64,000 nt of DNA from an uncultured delta proteobacterium (lineage in GTDB: Bacteria > Desulfobacterota > Binatia > UBA9968): NCBI GenBank assembly GCA_963737905.1, contig CAVTUQ010000014.1, positions 32,001 to 96,000 on the forward strand. Direction: 5' to 3'. The notes beneath the pieces were generated by a model. The model searched no databases and was not told the DNA's origin. It saw only the letters and a program-made list of their open reading frames with translations. Positions 20,241 to 30,502 of the stretch are shown here, piece by piece. Position numbers and translations under genes: made by a program. Position 1 is the stretch's first letter; every line of letters starts with the position of its first letter.

Positions 20241-20579
20241 ATAAGCCTCAACTTAGCTTGCCTGAAGCGTTCCTTGGTAACACCAAACTCGATGGCGGGG
20301 TCGCCCCGTCATCCTGCATCCTGAAAAAGATCTGGCTCAGGACAGCGTGCCGACATACCGATTCTTGCGTTCCGTGGTCATAGTTCCGATGTTTGTTGGA
20401 ACCAAACGCTGAATGAGAGTTTGTCGCGATCTATTCGACGGTCTACTATGCCGCGCTTAAAACGCCACGACAGACCCGGCGCCGAGAAGTTTATCACCTT
20501 CAGCTTCAAACAAGAATCGCTCCGTATACGTGGCTCCCAAACTGCAAGTCGCCTTACCGGCCAGTACACCGACAGTAAT

Positions 20580-21325
20580 TCAATAAAAAACGTTACCGCC
20601 ATCGACCAAGAAAGTTTGGCCCGTGACAAAGTCGCTGTCCGACGAGGCGAGATAGACGAGAACGCCGAGCAAATCTTCCGGGGTTTGGAGTCTCTTGATG
20701 GAGCGTGCCTTGAGCTGGAACTCGGTAAACTCTTTCGGCGCGTTCATGGCCCTCGTGTTGAACCAAACCCGGCGCGATGGCATTCACACAGATACCGAAC
20801 TCACCCACTTCGCGCGCCAGAGATCTTGTCATCCCGACCAAGCGCGGCTTTCGATGCCACGTAATGCAAAAACAATGGCGTACCAGCAAAGACGGTGGAT
20901 GATGATATGTTGATGATCTTCCCGCTTCGCTGCTGCTTCATCTGGGGAAAGACCGCCTTGGCGCACAAGAACGGGCCTTTGATATTGACCGCCGAGACTC
21001 GGTCCCACTCCTCGGCGGATATTTCATAAAATGGATGGCGTTGGATGGTGAGGAAAATCGCCGCGTTGTTGACGAGGATATCGATGCGGCCGAAGGCCCG
21101 TACCGCTTCTGTCGCCATTCGCGCCGTATCCTCTTCCTGAGAGACATCTACCTTCAAGGCTATGGCCTTACCGCCCGCAGCGGTAATCTCCTTGACGACG
21201 TTTTCGCCGTCGAGAATGTCGGCGATGACGACGGCCGCGCCCTCCGCGGCGAGCCGGCGACAATAAGCGGCGCCGATGTGCCGCGCACCGCCCGTGACAA
21301 TGGCGACCTTGCCACCCAACCTCAT
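20580..21325 (-). CDS. Short-chain dehydrogenase/reductase (two frameshifts)
   Basis: TGGARHIG, NNAA and YVASK, then GMTRSLARE...VNAIAPG and VTGQTFLVDGG in two other frames. Confidence 0.87.
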
Positions 21326-21343
21326 AGGAGCCCCTCGGGCTGC

Positions 21344-21414
21344 TGGAGTGATGGAGTACTGGAGTACTGGGGTTTGGACCCATCACTCCACCACTCCATT
21401 ATTCCAATACTCCG
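21344..21414. repeat. 8-mer tandem repeat hairpin (TGGAGTAC-type arm / TACTCCA-type arm)
   Basis: tggagtga tggagtac tggagtac tggg ... ccca tcactcca ccactcca ttattcca atactcc. Fills most of the gene junction. Confidence 0.85.
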
Positions 21415-21419
21415 ATTTT

Positions 21420-23042
21420 TCATTTCAGCTGTTCCAGGTGGGTCCTGAAGTCCAGCGGCTTCCACCACGGCTGGATCCCAAGCGACTCGGCGATGACGCG
21501 CGCCGCATTGTAACCCGGCGCGCCGGTGATGTTACCGCCCGGATGACAAGACGAGCCGCATAGGTAAAGACCATCGATGGGCGTCCGATATCCACCCCAG
21601 CCCGGGAATGGCCGGTTCTCCAGCGCCTGATCGCCCGCGTACTCCCCCACCATCCAATCGCCGCAGTACATATTGCGATCATGCCGCTCGATATCCAATG
21701 GCGTGGTGGAATCCGTGGACAGAATATTATGCTCGTCGAGGTTCGGCGCAAAGCGCTGCCATACCGCCAACTGTTTCTGAAACCATTCACTGCGAACCTT
21801 GTCCCAGTTAAGCGGATTGCCCCAAAGATTATAAGTCGCCAGCTGCCACATGAACGCGGTGGCTTTGCCTGGAGGCGCCTGGGTGGGATCATGAAAAGAA
21901 GGGGTCGCACCGTTCATGAAAGGTTTGCGCGGGAGCTGGCCGGTCCGGCAGTCTTCGAATAGATTCTGCAGATCGTGATAGTCCTCCAGACCGACAATGT
22001 GCATGAATGAGCCGGCGACCTCCGGATGCTTTTCCTCGGTGATGTACCTCGGCCTCTCATTCAAAGCCAAATTGGTCGCAAAGATCGGCGTCGTCTTTGA
22101 GAATCGAAAGTGCTCTGCCATATTGGCAAAATTCGGCTCTAGATTCTCGCGTCCCACTAGCTTGATGAACGTTTCCACCGGGTTGACGTTAGAAGCAATA
22201 AATTTGTTCGCCTTGATGATGGTGCCGTCTTCCAAAACCACCGCCGCCGCCCGCCCCTTTTGGACCAGAATCCGCTCGACGCCGTTTGCTTCAATATAAT
22301 CGACGTGATTGTGCGACATCATGTGTGCCAGGTTGTCGCCAAGCGCATGAGAGGTGCCACGGCACAGCTGCGGGTTGACGCCCCAGGCGATCATCGCCGG
22401 AATCAGGTAGCCGGTATTGGGCGCGTCAAGCTCGTACCCCCGCATGACGCCGAGAAAACCGATGAAGGCCTGCACCCGTGGATGTTCGAAGTGTTGAAGG
22501 ACGAATTCCTCCGGGGTCGTCTCAAAGTATTTCAGGTATTCGCGTCCCTCCGGTAGTTTTTCGAGCAACGGCCGTTTTTCTTCAATGGGAACCGGCACCG
22601 CATAGGTTTCTGGGAAAACAATATTTTTAACCACCGGTTGCCAGCGCGTCCAGATATCAAGAAAAGTTCCCGCGTCTTTTTTCGAGAAACCCTCGATGCT
22701 CGCCGCCGTTCGTTGGACGTCAGCGAACCACCCCAAATAGGTCTTGTCGATGAAATGATGCACAACTCCCGGATCTGGCTTGTAGTAGTGAATGCCAAAC
22801 TTCTCGAGCTCCAGATCCTTGAACCATGGCAGCATCATCAAGCCGCGATGAAAGACGGAATGAATATTGTGCCAGAAACCGGGATAGTTGCGATCCTCGT
22901 GTGAGTCCAATCCCCCGCCCACTTCCATATTTTTCTCGACGACCATGACTTTCTGGCCGCACTTGGCCAGATAGCCGGCGCAGATCATCCCGTTGTGCCC
23001 TGCGCCAATTACGACGCCGTCGTATTCAAAAATCTTAGGCAT
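21420..23042 (-). CDS. FAD-dependent oxidoreductase, COG1233 (phytoene dehydrogenase-like) family
   Basis: VIGAGHNG FAD motif, HDPTQAPPGK, and YRTPIDGLYLCGSSCHPGGNITGAPGYNAA. Confidence 0.9.
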   Translation of the reverse strand: MPKIFEYDGVVIGAGHNGMICAGYLAKCGQKVMVVEKNMEVGGGLDSHEDRNYPGFWHNIHSVFHRGLMMLPWFKDLELEKFGIHYYKPDPGVVHHFIDKTYLGWFADVQRTAASIEGFSKKDAGTFLDIWTRWQPVVKNIVFPETYAVPVPIEEKRPLLEKLPEGREYLKYFETTPEEFVLQHFEHPRVQAFIGFLGVMRGYELDAPNTGYLIPAMIAWGVNPQLCRGTSHALGDNLAHMMSHNHVDYIEANGVERILVQKGRAAAVVLEDGTIIKANKFIASNVNPVETFIKLVGRENLEPNFANMAEHFRFSKTTPIFATNLALNERPRYITEEKHPEVAGSFMHIVGLEDYHDLQNLFEDCRTGQLPRKPFMNGATPSFHDPTQAPPGKATAFMWQLATYNLWGNPLNWDKVRSEWFQKQLAVWQRFAPNLDEHNILSTDSTTPLDIERHDRNMYCGDWMVGEYAGDQALENRPFPGWGGYRTPIDGLYLCGSSCHPGGNITGAPGYNAARVIAESLGIQPWWKPLDFRTHLEQLK

Positions 23043-23052
23043 GATTTCAACA

Positions 23053-23125
23053 CTTTGAACTTTGAACCCGGAACCTTGAACTCTCGATACTTTACTGTTC
23101 CAGGTTCAAGGTTCAATGTTCAAGG
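23053..23125. repeat. 7-mer tandem repeat hairpin with arms in swapped order
   Basis: ctttgaa ctttgaa cccggaa ccttgaa c ... gttccag gttcaag gttcaat gttcaag g. Confidence 0.85.
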
Positions 23126-23141
23126 TTTTCCGGCCCTTCCT

Positions 23142-24749
23142 CTACAGCTTCAAATCTTCTTTCATCACCTGCCAGCAATTACGACCGGATCCTGCAATCA
23201 CGGCGTTCGCAGGGTGCGTGGCGACCCCAACCTGATAGAGCCCTTCAATAGGCGTGCGATAGCCTGAGAGCTCCTCTATCGGCCGGTTGGCTCCCATCTG
23301 TTTAGCAATCTTGCGCGCCACCCAAACCGAACCTCGTCGCATATGAGGCCAGCGGCCGGAAATGTAGAATGGATCCATCGCGACTTTCATCTCGATGTTC
23401 TCATCCGTGAGATTGGTGGCGTAGCGGCGCCAAATCCCAAGAACCGACTCCATAAAATCATTTTTGAGCTTCACCCAGTCTTCGGGCTCTTTACCCTTGA
23501 GTTGAAAAGGGACCGGCATGAAGAGCGACGCCGTATGTTTCGGCTTCGGCGCCTGCAACGGATCGAACGCCGTCGGGCAAATGGTATGGAGAGAAACGTG
23601 CTCCGGAAACTCACCCTCACGAATTTCTTGCCACATCGCATCCAGATCGGCAGGTTTCTCGGGCCCCATGTTAACGCTCATGGCTTGCCCAACCGCCGCA
23701 TCCTCTGCTTCAAACAAGGCGTAACGCACGGGCACCTTAAGCGCCAGATGGGCCTGAAAATAAGAAAATTCGTCCACTTCAATCGCCCTTATTTTTTCGG
23801 AAAATGTCCTCGGTAGATTCTCCTCGCCAACCATGTCGATAAACGTACAATAAGGATCGACGTTGGAGACAACGGCGAGGTTAGCCTTCCACTGACGCCC
23901 GTCGCGCAACCGCACGCCGGCGGCTCTCCCCTTCTCGACCAGAATCTTCTCAACATGGTGGACAGCGCGAATTTGACCGCCGTTATGAACGTAGGCGCGC
24001 TGGAGCACCTGGGCGATGGAGTGAGCGCCGCCGCGAGCCAGCTCCGGCTTTTCATCGCCGGCAATCATCTTCAAAACTTCGATGCCGCCGCCTTCGTAAT
24101 CCACTGCCACGCCCCGGGGGATCGCCATCTGTGAAAGCACCAGAGTCTTGACAACATCATTTTCGAACAGCTCATCAACGACTTCCCTGGGCGTCATCTG
24201 CCACAGGCGGTGGAAGTCTTTGCCGGCGGGATAGGACGTTAGCTTTTGATTTCTCCCGTCATTCAATTGGGGCGTTTGATAGTAGCAGGGAATTAGAAAG
24301 TCACGGATGAGGAGGTGGTACTTGTCGTGGGTCTGCGACCACGTCACCGCGTCGTTGGGCGAGAATTTCGCTACGGAACTGACTGTTTCCGCAAGCGATT
24401 GATGCTGGGACAACGATCGCCCGTCCGCTAGCAGCAATGAGCTCACCACTGGCGGGGAGACGAACTCTGCGTGGTGCGCGGTATCCCACTTGAGTTCTTT
24501 CCATACAGGCGAGATTCCTCGATTGTCTTGAAAATAAGCGAGGGTATTGTGCCAATACCCCGGCATTGTGATCTCTTCACTGGCAAGCCGGCCGCCGTTC
24601 TCCAGCCGGCTTTCGCAGATCACGGTCCTGAGACCGGCCATTCCCAAATACGTGCCGAGAGCAAAGTTATTCTGCCCAGCGCCGATGAGAATGACGTCCC
24701 ACTCCTGATCAAGCATTGACACTTCCAGTGGTAACTGAGTTTTGGTCAA
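23142..24749 (-). CDS. Second COG1233-family flavoprotein (divergent paralog)
   Basis: LIGAGQNN, FDPLQAP and YRTPIEGLYQVG; collinear with the downstream paralog. Confidence 0.85.
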   Translation of the reverse strand: MTKTQLPLEVSMLDQEWDVILIGAGQNNFALGTYLGMAGLRTVICESRLENGGRLASEEITMPGYWHNTLAYFQDNRGISPVWKELKWDTAHHAEFVSPPVVSSLLLADGRSLSQHQSLAETVSSVAKFSPNDAVTWSQTHDKYHLLIRDFLIPCYYQTPQLNDGRNQKLTSYPAGKDFHRLWQMTPREVVDELFENDVVKTLVLSQMAIPRGVAVDYEGGGIEVLKMIAGDEKPELARGGAHSIAQVLQRAYVHNGGQIRAVHHVEKILVEKGRAAGVRLRDGRQWKANLAVVSNVDPYCTFIDMVGEENLPRTFSEKIRAIEVDEFSYFQAHLALKVPVRYALFEAEDAAVGQAMSVNMGPEKPADLDAMWQEIREGEFPEHVSLHTICPTAFDPLQAPKPKHTASLFMPVPFQLKGKEPEDWVKLKNDFMESVLGIWRRYATNLTDENIEMKVAMDPFYISGRWPHMRRGSVWVARKIAKQMGANRPIEELSGYRTPIEGLYQVGVATHPANAVIAGSGRNCWQVMKEDLKL

Positions 24750-24807
24750 GATCGGGATGACAGGTCGCTTGAAGTGTCACTCCGAGCGGTAGACTCTGTG
24801 AAAACTT

Positions 24808-24909
24808 CGTTCATGGTTCGACTGAACTCACCACGAACGGAACCGCGACATCGCGACATACTTCTATTATTTGACCAGTTCTTGGTTCACCCAGAGCCTG
24901 GTCGAAGGG
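24808..24909. repeat. REP-like palindromic element pair
   Basis: Stem-loop CGTTCATGGTTCGACTGAACTCACCACGAACG, plus a related inverted unit GTTCACCCAGAGCCTGGTCGAAGGG. Confidence 0.55.
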
Positions 24910-24982
24910 AATCCTTTTAATCAAAAGTAAGCTCCGAGCTATTACTGCAACTCCGCTGCGTTCGCGAACAGCAAACGATCTG

Positions 24983-25999
24983 TCACTTCAAAAAGATCTT
25001 GCCGTATTCGGCCATCTTCTCTGCGAATCCTTTTTGATCCAATTCGTCCATCTCTACCATTTCAATTTTATCCGCATCCGGCAGCGGCGGATAGATTCCT
25101 TTGCGCGTGACAAACTCGCCAATTCCAGCCATCAAACGCAATCCCTCTTCGCCAAGGAAAAAGTCGATAAAGGCCTTACCGGAATTCGGGTGAGGCGCCT
25201 TGGCGCCAAGCGAGATAGACTGACCATCTCCCATGAACTTGCCGAGTCTAACGTAATCCAAAGGCACGCCTTTTTTACCGTAAAAGACCACGTTTTTTAA
25301 AAAAGCGATCCCGATCGGAGTCTCTCCGGTCGTAATGCGCTCCCCTGCCGGGGTCAAAGAGGACACTAACAATGGCCTCGTTGCAGCCAATTCTCGAATA
25401 AACTTGTCCGCCCTTTCCTTGCCGCCCATCACTTTGTGGAGGCTGGCCATCCACTGAGCCGTTGTCGTGTGCTGGCTGGCATCGGGTACGACTACTTTGC
25501 CTTTGTATTGCGGCCTGACGAGATCCTCTAGCGACTTTGGCGCATCGGGGGGTTTAATGATTCCGGTATTATAAACAATGCCGATAATGGTGTTGCGGTA
25601 GGTCGGTCCAAGGTTAGGATCAATAAACTCTTTAGGAAAGGCGCGCGCTGAAGGTGAGTCATACTTGGCCAAAAATCCGTCTTTCTGGATCAGTTGCATT
25701 GTGGATTTGGTCGTCAGCACGACATCAAAGAGTGGTCTTCCGGCGCGGGACTCGCTGGCGACCCTATCTATAACTTTGTTCGCTGCATCCCGCCAATAGT
25801 CTACCTCCAGTCCTGTTTTCTTTTTCAAGGCGGCGGCGAGCAGGTCCATGGTGTCATTTTCGATGGAACCGTAGATTACTACCTTCCCACCTTCCTTTTT
25901 CGCGGCATCCACGAGCTTACTGTCCTGACCAAACAGAAAGTTAGGGAGGGGGACGACCCCGATCAGGCAACTGAGAGCGAGAACTCTTGTAATCTTCAT
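24983..25999 (-). CDS. ABC transporter substrate-binding protein (third paralog)
   Basis: Signal-like N-terminus from MKITRV, AAKKEGGKVVIYG, HTTTAQW and HPNSGKAFIDF. Confidence 0.88.
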   Translation of the reverse strand: MKITRVLALSCLIGVVPLPNFLFGQDSKLVDAAKKEGGKVVIYGSIENDTMDLLAAALKKKTGLEVDYWRDAANKVIDRVASESRAGRPLFDVVLTTKSTMQLIQKDGFLAKYDSPSARAFPKEFIDPNLGPTYRNTIIGIVYNTGIIKPPDAPKSLEDLVRPQYKGKVVVPDASQHTTTAQWMASLHKVMGGKERADKFIRELAATRPLLVSSLTPAGERITTGETPIGIAFLKNVVFYGKKGVPLDYVRLGKFMGDGQSISLGAKAPHPNSGKAFIDFFLGEEGLRLMAGIGEFVTRKGIYPPLPDADKIEMVEMDELDQKGFAEKMAEYGKIFLK

Positions 26000-26101
26000 A
26001 ATGGAAAACACCTCGGTGCTTTGATCTGTCCCTAAATATCTAAAAGCCAGATCTTTGTCCATGTTTGTTTAAAAGAACACCATTTGGTACCTTAACTATG
26101 G

Positions 26102-27220
26102 ATGACGCCGCAAGAAAAACTCAAGAAGATTCGGGAAGAGTTACGGCAAACGTTTCTCGAACGAGCCGATTTGATCGACGGCGCTCTAGCCGCGCTGCTG
26201 TCATCTCATCACGTGCTCATCGTCGGGCCGCCCGGCACCGCCAAGTCGATGCTGGCCGACGAGATGTGCCGGCGCATTAATGGCGCAAACTACTTTCAGT
26301 GGCTCCTTACCCGCTTCACGACTCCGGAAGAAATCTTTGGCGCCGTCAGCCTCAAAGCCTTGGAGCAGGACGACTATCGCCGGGTGACGGATCACAAACT
26401 GCCCCAAGCTCATATTGCTTTTTTAGATGAGATTTTTAAATCTAACTCGTCTATTTTAAATGCTATTCTCACTCTGATTAACGAGAGACTGTTCCATAAC
26501 GGCAAGGAGATTGTCCCGGTTCCGTTGCTGACCTTGTTCGGCGCCAGCAATGAGCTACCCGAAGAAGAAGAGCTGACCGCTCTGTATGACCGCTTTCTTG
26601 TCCGGTTCGTAGTTAATTATATCGCTGAAGATTTCCGCTTTTTGAGAATGCTCGAATCGCAGGCGCAGCCGACACGAACATCGCTCACTTTGATCGAGCT
26701 GAAAGAGTTGCAGGAGCAGGTTCGGGGGATCGCCATACCGTCTCACGTATATCGCAGTATGGCCGATATTCGGCGTGAGCTGAATAAAAAAAGCATCCAG
26801 GCGTCAGACCGCCGCTACCGGCAGTCACTTTCCTTACTTCAGGCCCGCGCCTTCCTGGAAGGGCAACAGGAAGTGCTCGAAAGGGATCTTTTCTTCCTCG
26901 AACACGTTCTGTGGCGCGATCCGGGAGAGCACGAGCAAGTCCGGAATACTATTCGCGAGCTCCTGCTCGGCTACGAAGAGGAGATCACGGAGCTCCTTTA
27001 CGAGTCCAGAGAGCTTCGTGATTCCGCCTCCCGCACTTGGGAGACCAGCGACGAACGGGCTCGAGCGTTGGTGGAATTTCATACCAAGCTGCGCAACATC
27101 CTCGCCAAGGTCGACCAGGTCATCGACAAAGCTAAACGGCTTGGTCGTCCTTTGGATCGTGTCGGTTCCGTTCGCAACGAGATCGAGCAGATTCAGAAAG
27201 AGATGTTGGAGCAGTTCTGA
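26102..27220 (+). CDS. ravA: MoxR-family AAA+ ATPase, RavA-like
   Basis: Walker A GPPGTAKS, LTRFTTPEEIFG, Walker B FLDEIFK, GASNELP and ALYDRF. Confidence 0.85.
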   Translation: MTPQEKLKKIREELRQTFLERADLIDGALAALLSSHHVLIVGPPGTAKSMLADEMCRRINGANYFQWLLTRFTTPEEIFGAVSLKALEQDDYRRVTDHKLPQAHIAFLDEIFKSNSSILNAILTLINERLFHNGKEIVPVPLLTLFGASNELPEEEELTALYDRFLVRFVVNYIAEDFRFLRMLESQAQPTRTSLTLIELKELQEQVRGIAIPSHVYRSMADIRRELNKKSIQASDRRYRQSLSLLQARAFLEGQQEVLERDLFFLEHVLWRDPGEHEQVRNTIRELLLGYEEEITELLYESRELRDSASRTWETSDERARALVEFHTKLRNILAKVDQVIDKAKRLGRPLDRVGSVRNEIEQIQKEMLEQF

Positions 27221-28796
27221 TGCCGCCGAAACACCGGAAGAAATCTCCCGCCAAACGAGTTTTCCAACCGCTCCCTGAAAACAGCTACTGGATCGAAAAC
27301 GACGCCTACGACCGCCGCGTCTATGGATATCTTCGGTCGGAGTCTCCTTCGCTTCGAGAGCTTGAAGAGGCCGGCAGTACCTTCTTGCCGCATTTTGGCT
27401 CCCTGCTCCAAGACATCTTTTGTCTTTTGTTCAAGTACAATGTCATCTTTCACAAGGCTTCCGCGGTTGTCGCCAGCGCGCTCCTGAACGAGAAGTTTCT
27501 CAACGGGATCCGGCAAGGGAATCAATACGAGTTCCTGCGCGAGCAAACTCTCCTCAATGAGGCGCGGGCCGGCCTGTCTACGCTCCTTCTCGGGGAGCGG
27601 CTTCTTGCGCTCATAAAAACCGAAAAACTGCTCACGCGACGCGATATGCGGGATCTTTGGGACCTTCAAAAGCAAGAAGAGATCGTGAGCGAAAAATTGG
27701 AAGAATATGAAAACGCCGATACGATACCCGATGACAATTTATCGGAAGAAGGAAAGAAAGCCCTAGAGAAAGCCAAAGAACGGCTGGGTGGAGAAGTTCA
27801 GGGCGCCGAAGCGCTGCTGCGTCACAAGACCGATCAACTGAAGGAAGACTTAAAACAAAGCGAAGCGCAGACGACCAACCGTTTGCAAGCTGAAGCTATC
27901 AAGATCGCGCAACAATTGGAGGAAGCGACGGAGGAAGCGGAGGCGTGGGGATCAACGCTGGGCACCGGCCAACGTTCCCCTCCCGGGCAAAAGCTCGAAC
28001 TCGGCAAGCGCCTCGCGGGTAACGAGAAGCTCAAGAAGCTCGCTCGCATGGTCGGTCGGATGAAGTTCCATGCCATGGCGCTCAGGAAGAAGGTCTTCGA
28101 GCGGTCCAGCGAGGAAGTCTTGGAGGTGGAGCGCGGTGACTCACTGCAACGATTGCTGCCCCATGAGATGATTGCTTTGCACCACCCCATCCTGCGCAAA
28201 GATTTTCACCGCCGATTTTTGGATCAAGAGTTGCTGCAATACTCTCTCCGCGGCGTTGAGGAAAAAGGCAAAGGCCCGATGATCGTATGCTTGGACGGCA
28301 GCTCCTCGATGGCCGGGGACAAAGAGATCTGGTCGAAGGCCGTGACCCTGACCCTTTTGGAAATCGCCCGTCGCCAGCGGAGGCTTTTTCGCTCCATCTG
28401 CTTTTCCTCGGAACAAACCCCGCTGCAAATTCTCGATCTCAATCCTCGCGAACACTATGAGATCAAAGCCAAGAACGTGATGGATCTGGCGGAATACTTT
28501 CCCGGCGGCGGCACGGATTTTCAGAAGCCCTTGGACGCTGCGTTGGAGTGCCTCCAACAATCACGGTTCAAAAAAGGCGATATCGTTTTCATCACCGACG
28601 GCGAATGCCAGGTCAGCCCGGAATGGGCCGAGCAGTTTCGCGATCAAAAGGAGAAACTTGGCTTCTCGCTGTTCTCCATCCTGATCGACGTCGGTTCGAG
28701 CTCATTGGGAACGCTGAAGGAATTCAGCGACCGTATCACCACAATCAAAGCAGTTGACCGGGCGACGAAGCAAAAGAGATTTTTGTCAAATTTTAG
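27220..28796 (+). CDS. viaA: ViaA-like von Willebrand factor A domain protein
   Basis: RLLPHE, KGPMIVCLDGSSSM (MIDAS), GGGTDF and FITDG. Overlaps the ravA stop (TGATG). True stop probably TAG 28794-28796 after small C-terminal indels. Confidence 0.8.
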
Positions 28797-29728
28797 TGCA
28801 GCGCCAGCCTCCGCGCGTTTCCAATGTGAACTCCCCTATCGTTAGCGGCCATTGGAGGATTTTTTTGGTCGCGGAGAATTTGAAGGAATTCTTGCGCCAT
28901 AGTGCCGAGAGGTTTGCGCCTATCGTACGTAATAAAAGACTTGATCCCCAGTTGCTTCAGTTCCGGAACGTTGATCAGCCTCAAATTGCCCCTTGCTACC
29001 CGGCTGGCGACAGCGTTGCGATATAAGATTCCCACTCCCATACCCAGTCGGACTGCCGCCCTTACCGCTCCGGACACGTCGCAACGCAAGGCGATATTCA
29101 TCTTATATCCCAGGTTCATCAGTACCTTTTCCAGCCTACCGCCACGTCTCAACACCAGGGGACACTCACCCAGTTCCTTTAAGCTCAACTTCTTTCTCGC
29201 AAGTGGACTTGAGGGAAGGCAAAACGCAACCAACTCCATCTCGCCATAAGGTTCATAAACAAGTTCGGCGCGGTAAGAAGGATTCGTAATGAGGGCTATT
29301 TCCACTTCAGAGGCGACCAGACGCTTTTCGATAACCGGACTCTCATTGGTCTCCAAAATAACCTGAGCGGAAGGCTGACGCGTCTTAAACGCCATGAGTA
29401 ATTTTGGAAGAACGTTGGCCGACACATTGTGACTGCCGCCGACTATGAGCGGCGCTGCGTCGTCCGTCTTAGTTTTACCCTTATATTTATTCTCGAGATG
29501 TTCGGCCTCCGCCAATAGAGGTCGGATCGCGCTGATAAACTCTTCTCCCTCGGAAGTCAACTCCACGCCTTGATTAAGCCTGATAAAAAACTTCGTACCG
29601 AATTCTTCCTCCATAAGCTTTAGCTGTTGCGACACCGCGGGTTGGCTAATATGAAGCGCTTCGGAAGCCTTCGTAATGTTCAGATGCCTTACAACACATT
29701 CAAAAATCCGCAGCTGATGTAGTGTCAT
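28793..29728 (-). CDS. LysR family transcriptional regulator
   Basis: MTLHQLRIF...ITKASEALHISQPAVSQQLKLMEEEFG HTH followed by a substrate-binding domain. Confidence 0.93.
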   Translation of the reverse strand: MTLHQLRIFECVVRHLNITKASEALHISQPAVSQQLKLMEEEFGTKFFIRLNQGVELTSEGEEFISAIRPLLAEAEHLENKYKGKTKTDDAAPLIVGGSHNVSANVLPKLLMAFKTRQPSAQVILETNESPVIEKRLVASEVEIALITNPSYRAELVYEPYGEMELVAFCLPSSPLARKKLSLKELGECPLVLRRGGRLEKVLMNLGYKMNIALRCDVSGAVRAAVRLGMGVGILYRNAVASRVARGNLRLINVPELKQLGIKSFITYDRRKPLGTMAQEFLQILRDQKNPPMAANDRGVHIGNARRLALH

Positions 29729-30171
29729 CGGTTTACTCCCTAGGCATAAGAGATCCGACGTCGATACAAGTACCTATCTAACCCAAACCTCGCCGTGAGG
29801 CAACGAAAATCATGCTCGTACAACTATCGTCGCATCGCCGGAAAAAATTTCAAGTAGTTTTTCGCCTCAATCGTAAACTTGCCCTCACGAGAAGCGCTTC
29901 CCCGAAATTTTCAGTTCGCGGATTTCCAAGGAAAGACAGCGGGTTGTTACCCGGTTGTTATCTTCGCAACATTCTTCCACGGCGAGAAGAGGATTTATGG
30001 TCCTCTGCACAAGCTCTCGCATTGATATTCAAACGTCACGAGGAACTTCTTCGATTACGCTTCGAAGTGGATCAACGACCGGTTCCCCTGAGCGTATTCG
30101 AGATCAAGTAAGTGACTGCACGCGAGCCCGGCGCTGACTCCCGGATCTTATTATTTGCCCAACTCCAAGAT

Positions 30172-30192
30172 GGCATAAGTAATGCTTATGCC
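30172..30192. promoter_or_regulatory. Candidate LysR operator (T-N11-A palindrome)
   Basis: Perfect inverted repeat GGCATAAG-TAATG-CTTATGCC in the lysR divergent region. The same half-site GGCATAAG occurs at 29743-29750. Confidence 0.55.
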
Positions 30193-30502
30193 GCCATTCG
30201 AAAAAACTATTGGCCGCATCCTTGGTTTTCATATACCAGCTCTTACCAGAGCACGTTGACGAGACCATCTGACTCGGCAGCCGGCTCAACCAGACAGCCG
30301 GAAAATGGTGCTTACGGGAGACCGTAGGAGAGGGAGTAGGAGCAGGCCGAAACAGTCACGTGCCCGGGAGGAACTTATAAAGGTCAGAGCAAAACAAACG
30401 AGCCATTTGGTCCTTCTAGACCGCTAGGCTTTAGTATCACGTTAAAGCAAAGGTACAGAGAGTTATGTCGTATCAAAAACTTGGGTGAAAGGAGTAAATA
30501 AA

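Noticed and set aside
20291-20313. Hairpin GATGGCGGGG-TCG-CCCCGTCATC upstream of the candidate defence genes as an ncRNA
   Set aside because: A single 10-bp stem with no further structure or U-tract is not enough to call a feature.
8356-23125. Short repeats as CRISPR arrays or integron attC sites
   Set aside because: Units are 7-9 bp in tandem without unique spacers. There are no cas genes or integron integrase, and attC box architecture was not established.
21420-24749. Carotenoid desaturases (crtI/crtO)
   Set aside because: No crtB/crtE or hopanoid genes are nearby; only family-level similarity is supported.
28740-28845. 53-bp convergent overlap of viaA and lysR
   Set aside because: Removing two extra bases gives ...IKQLTGDEAKEIFVKF* ending at 28796, leaving only overlapping stop codons.
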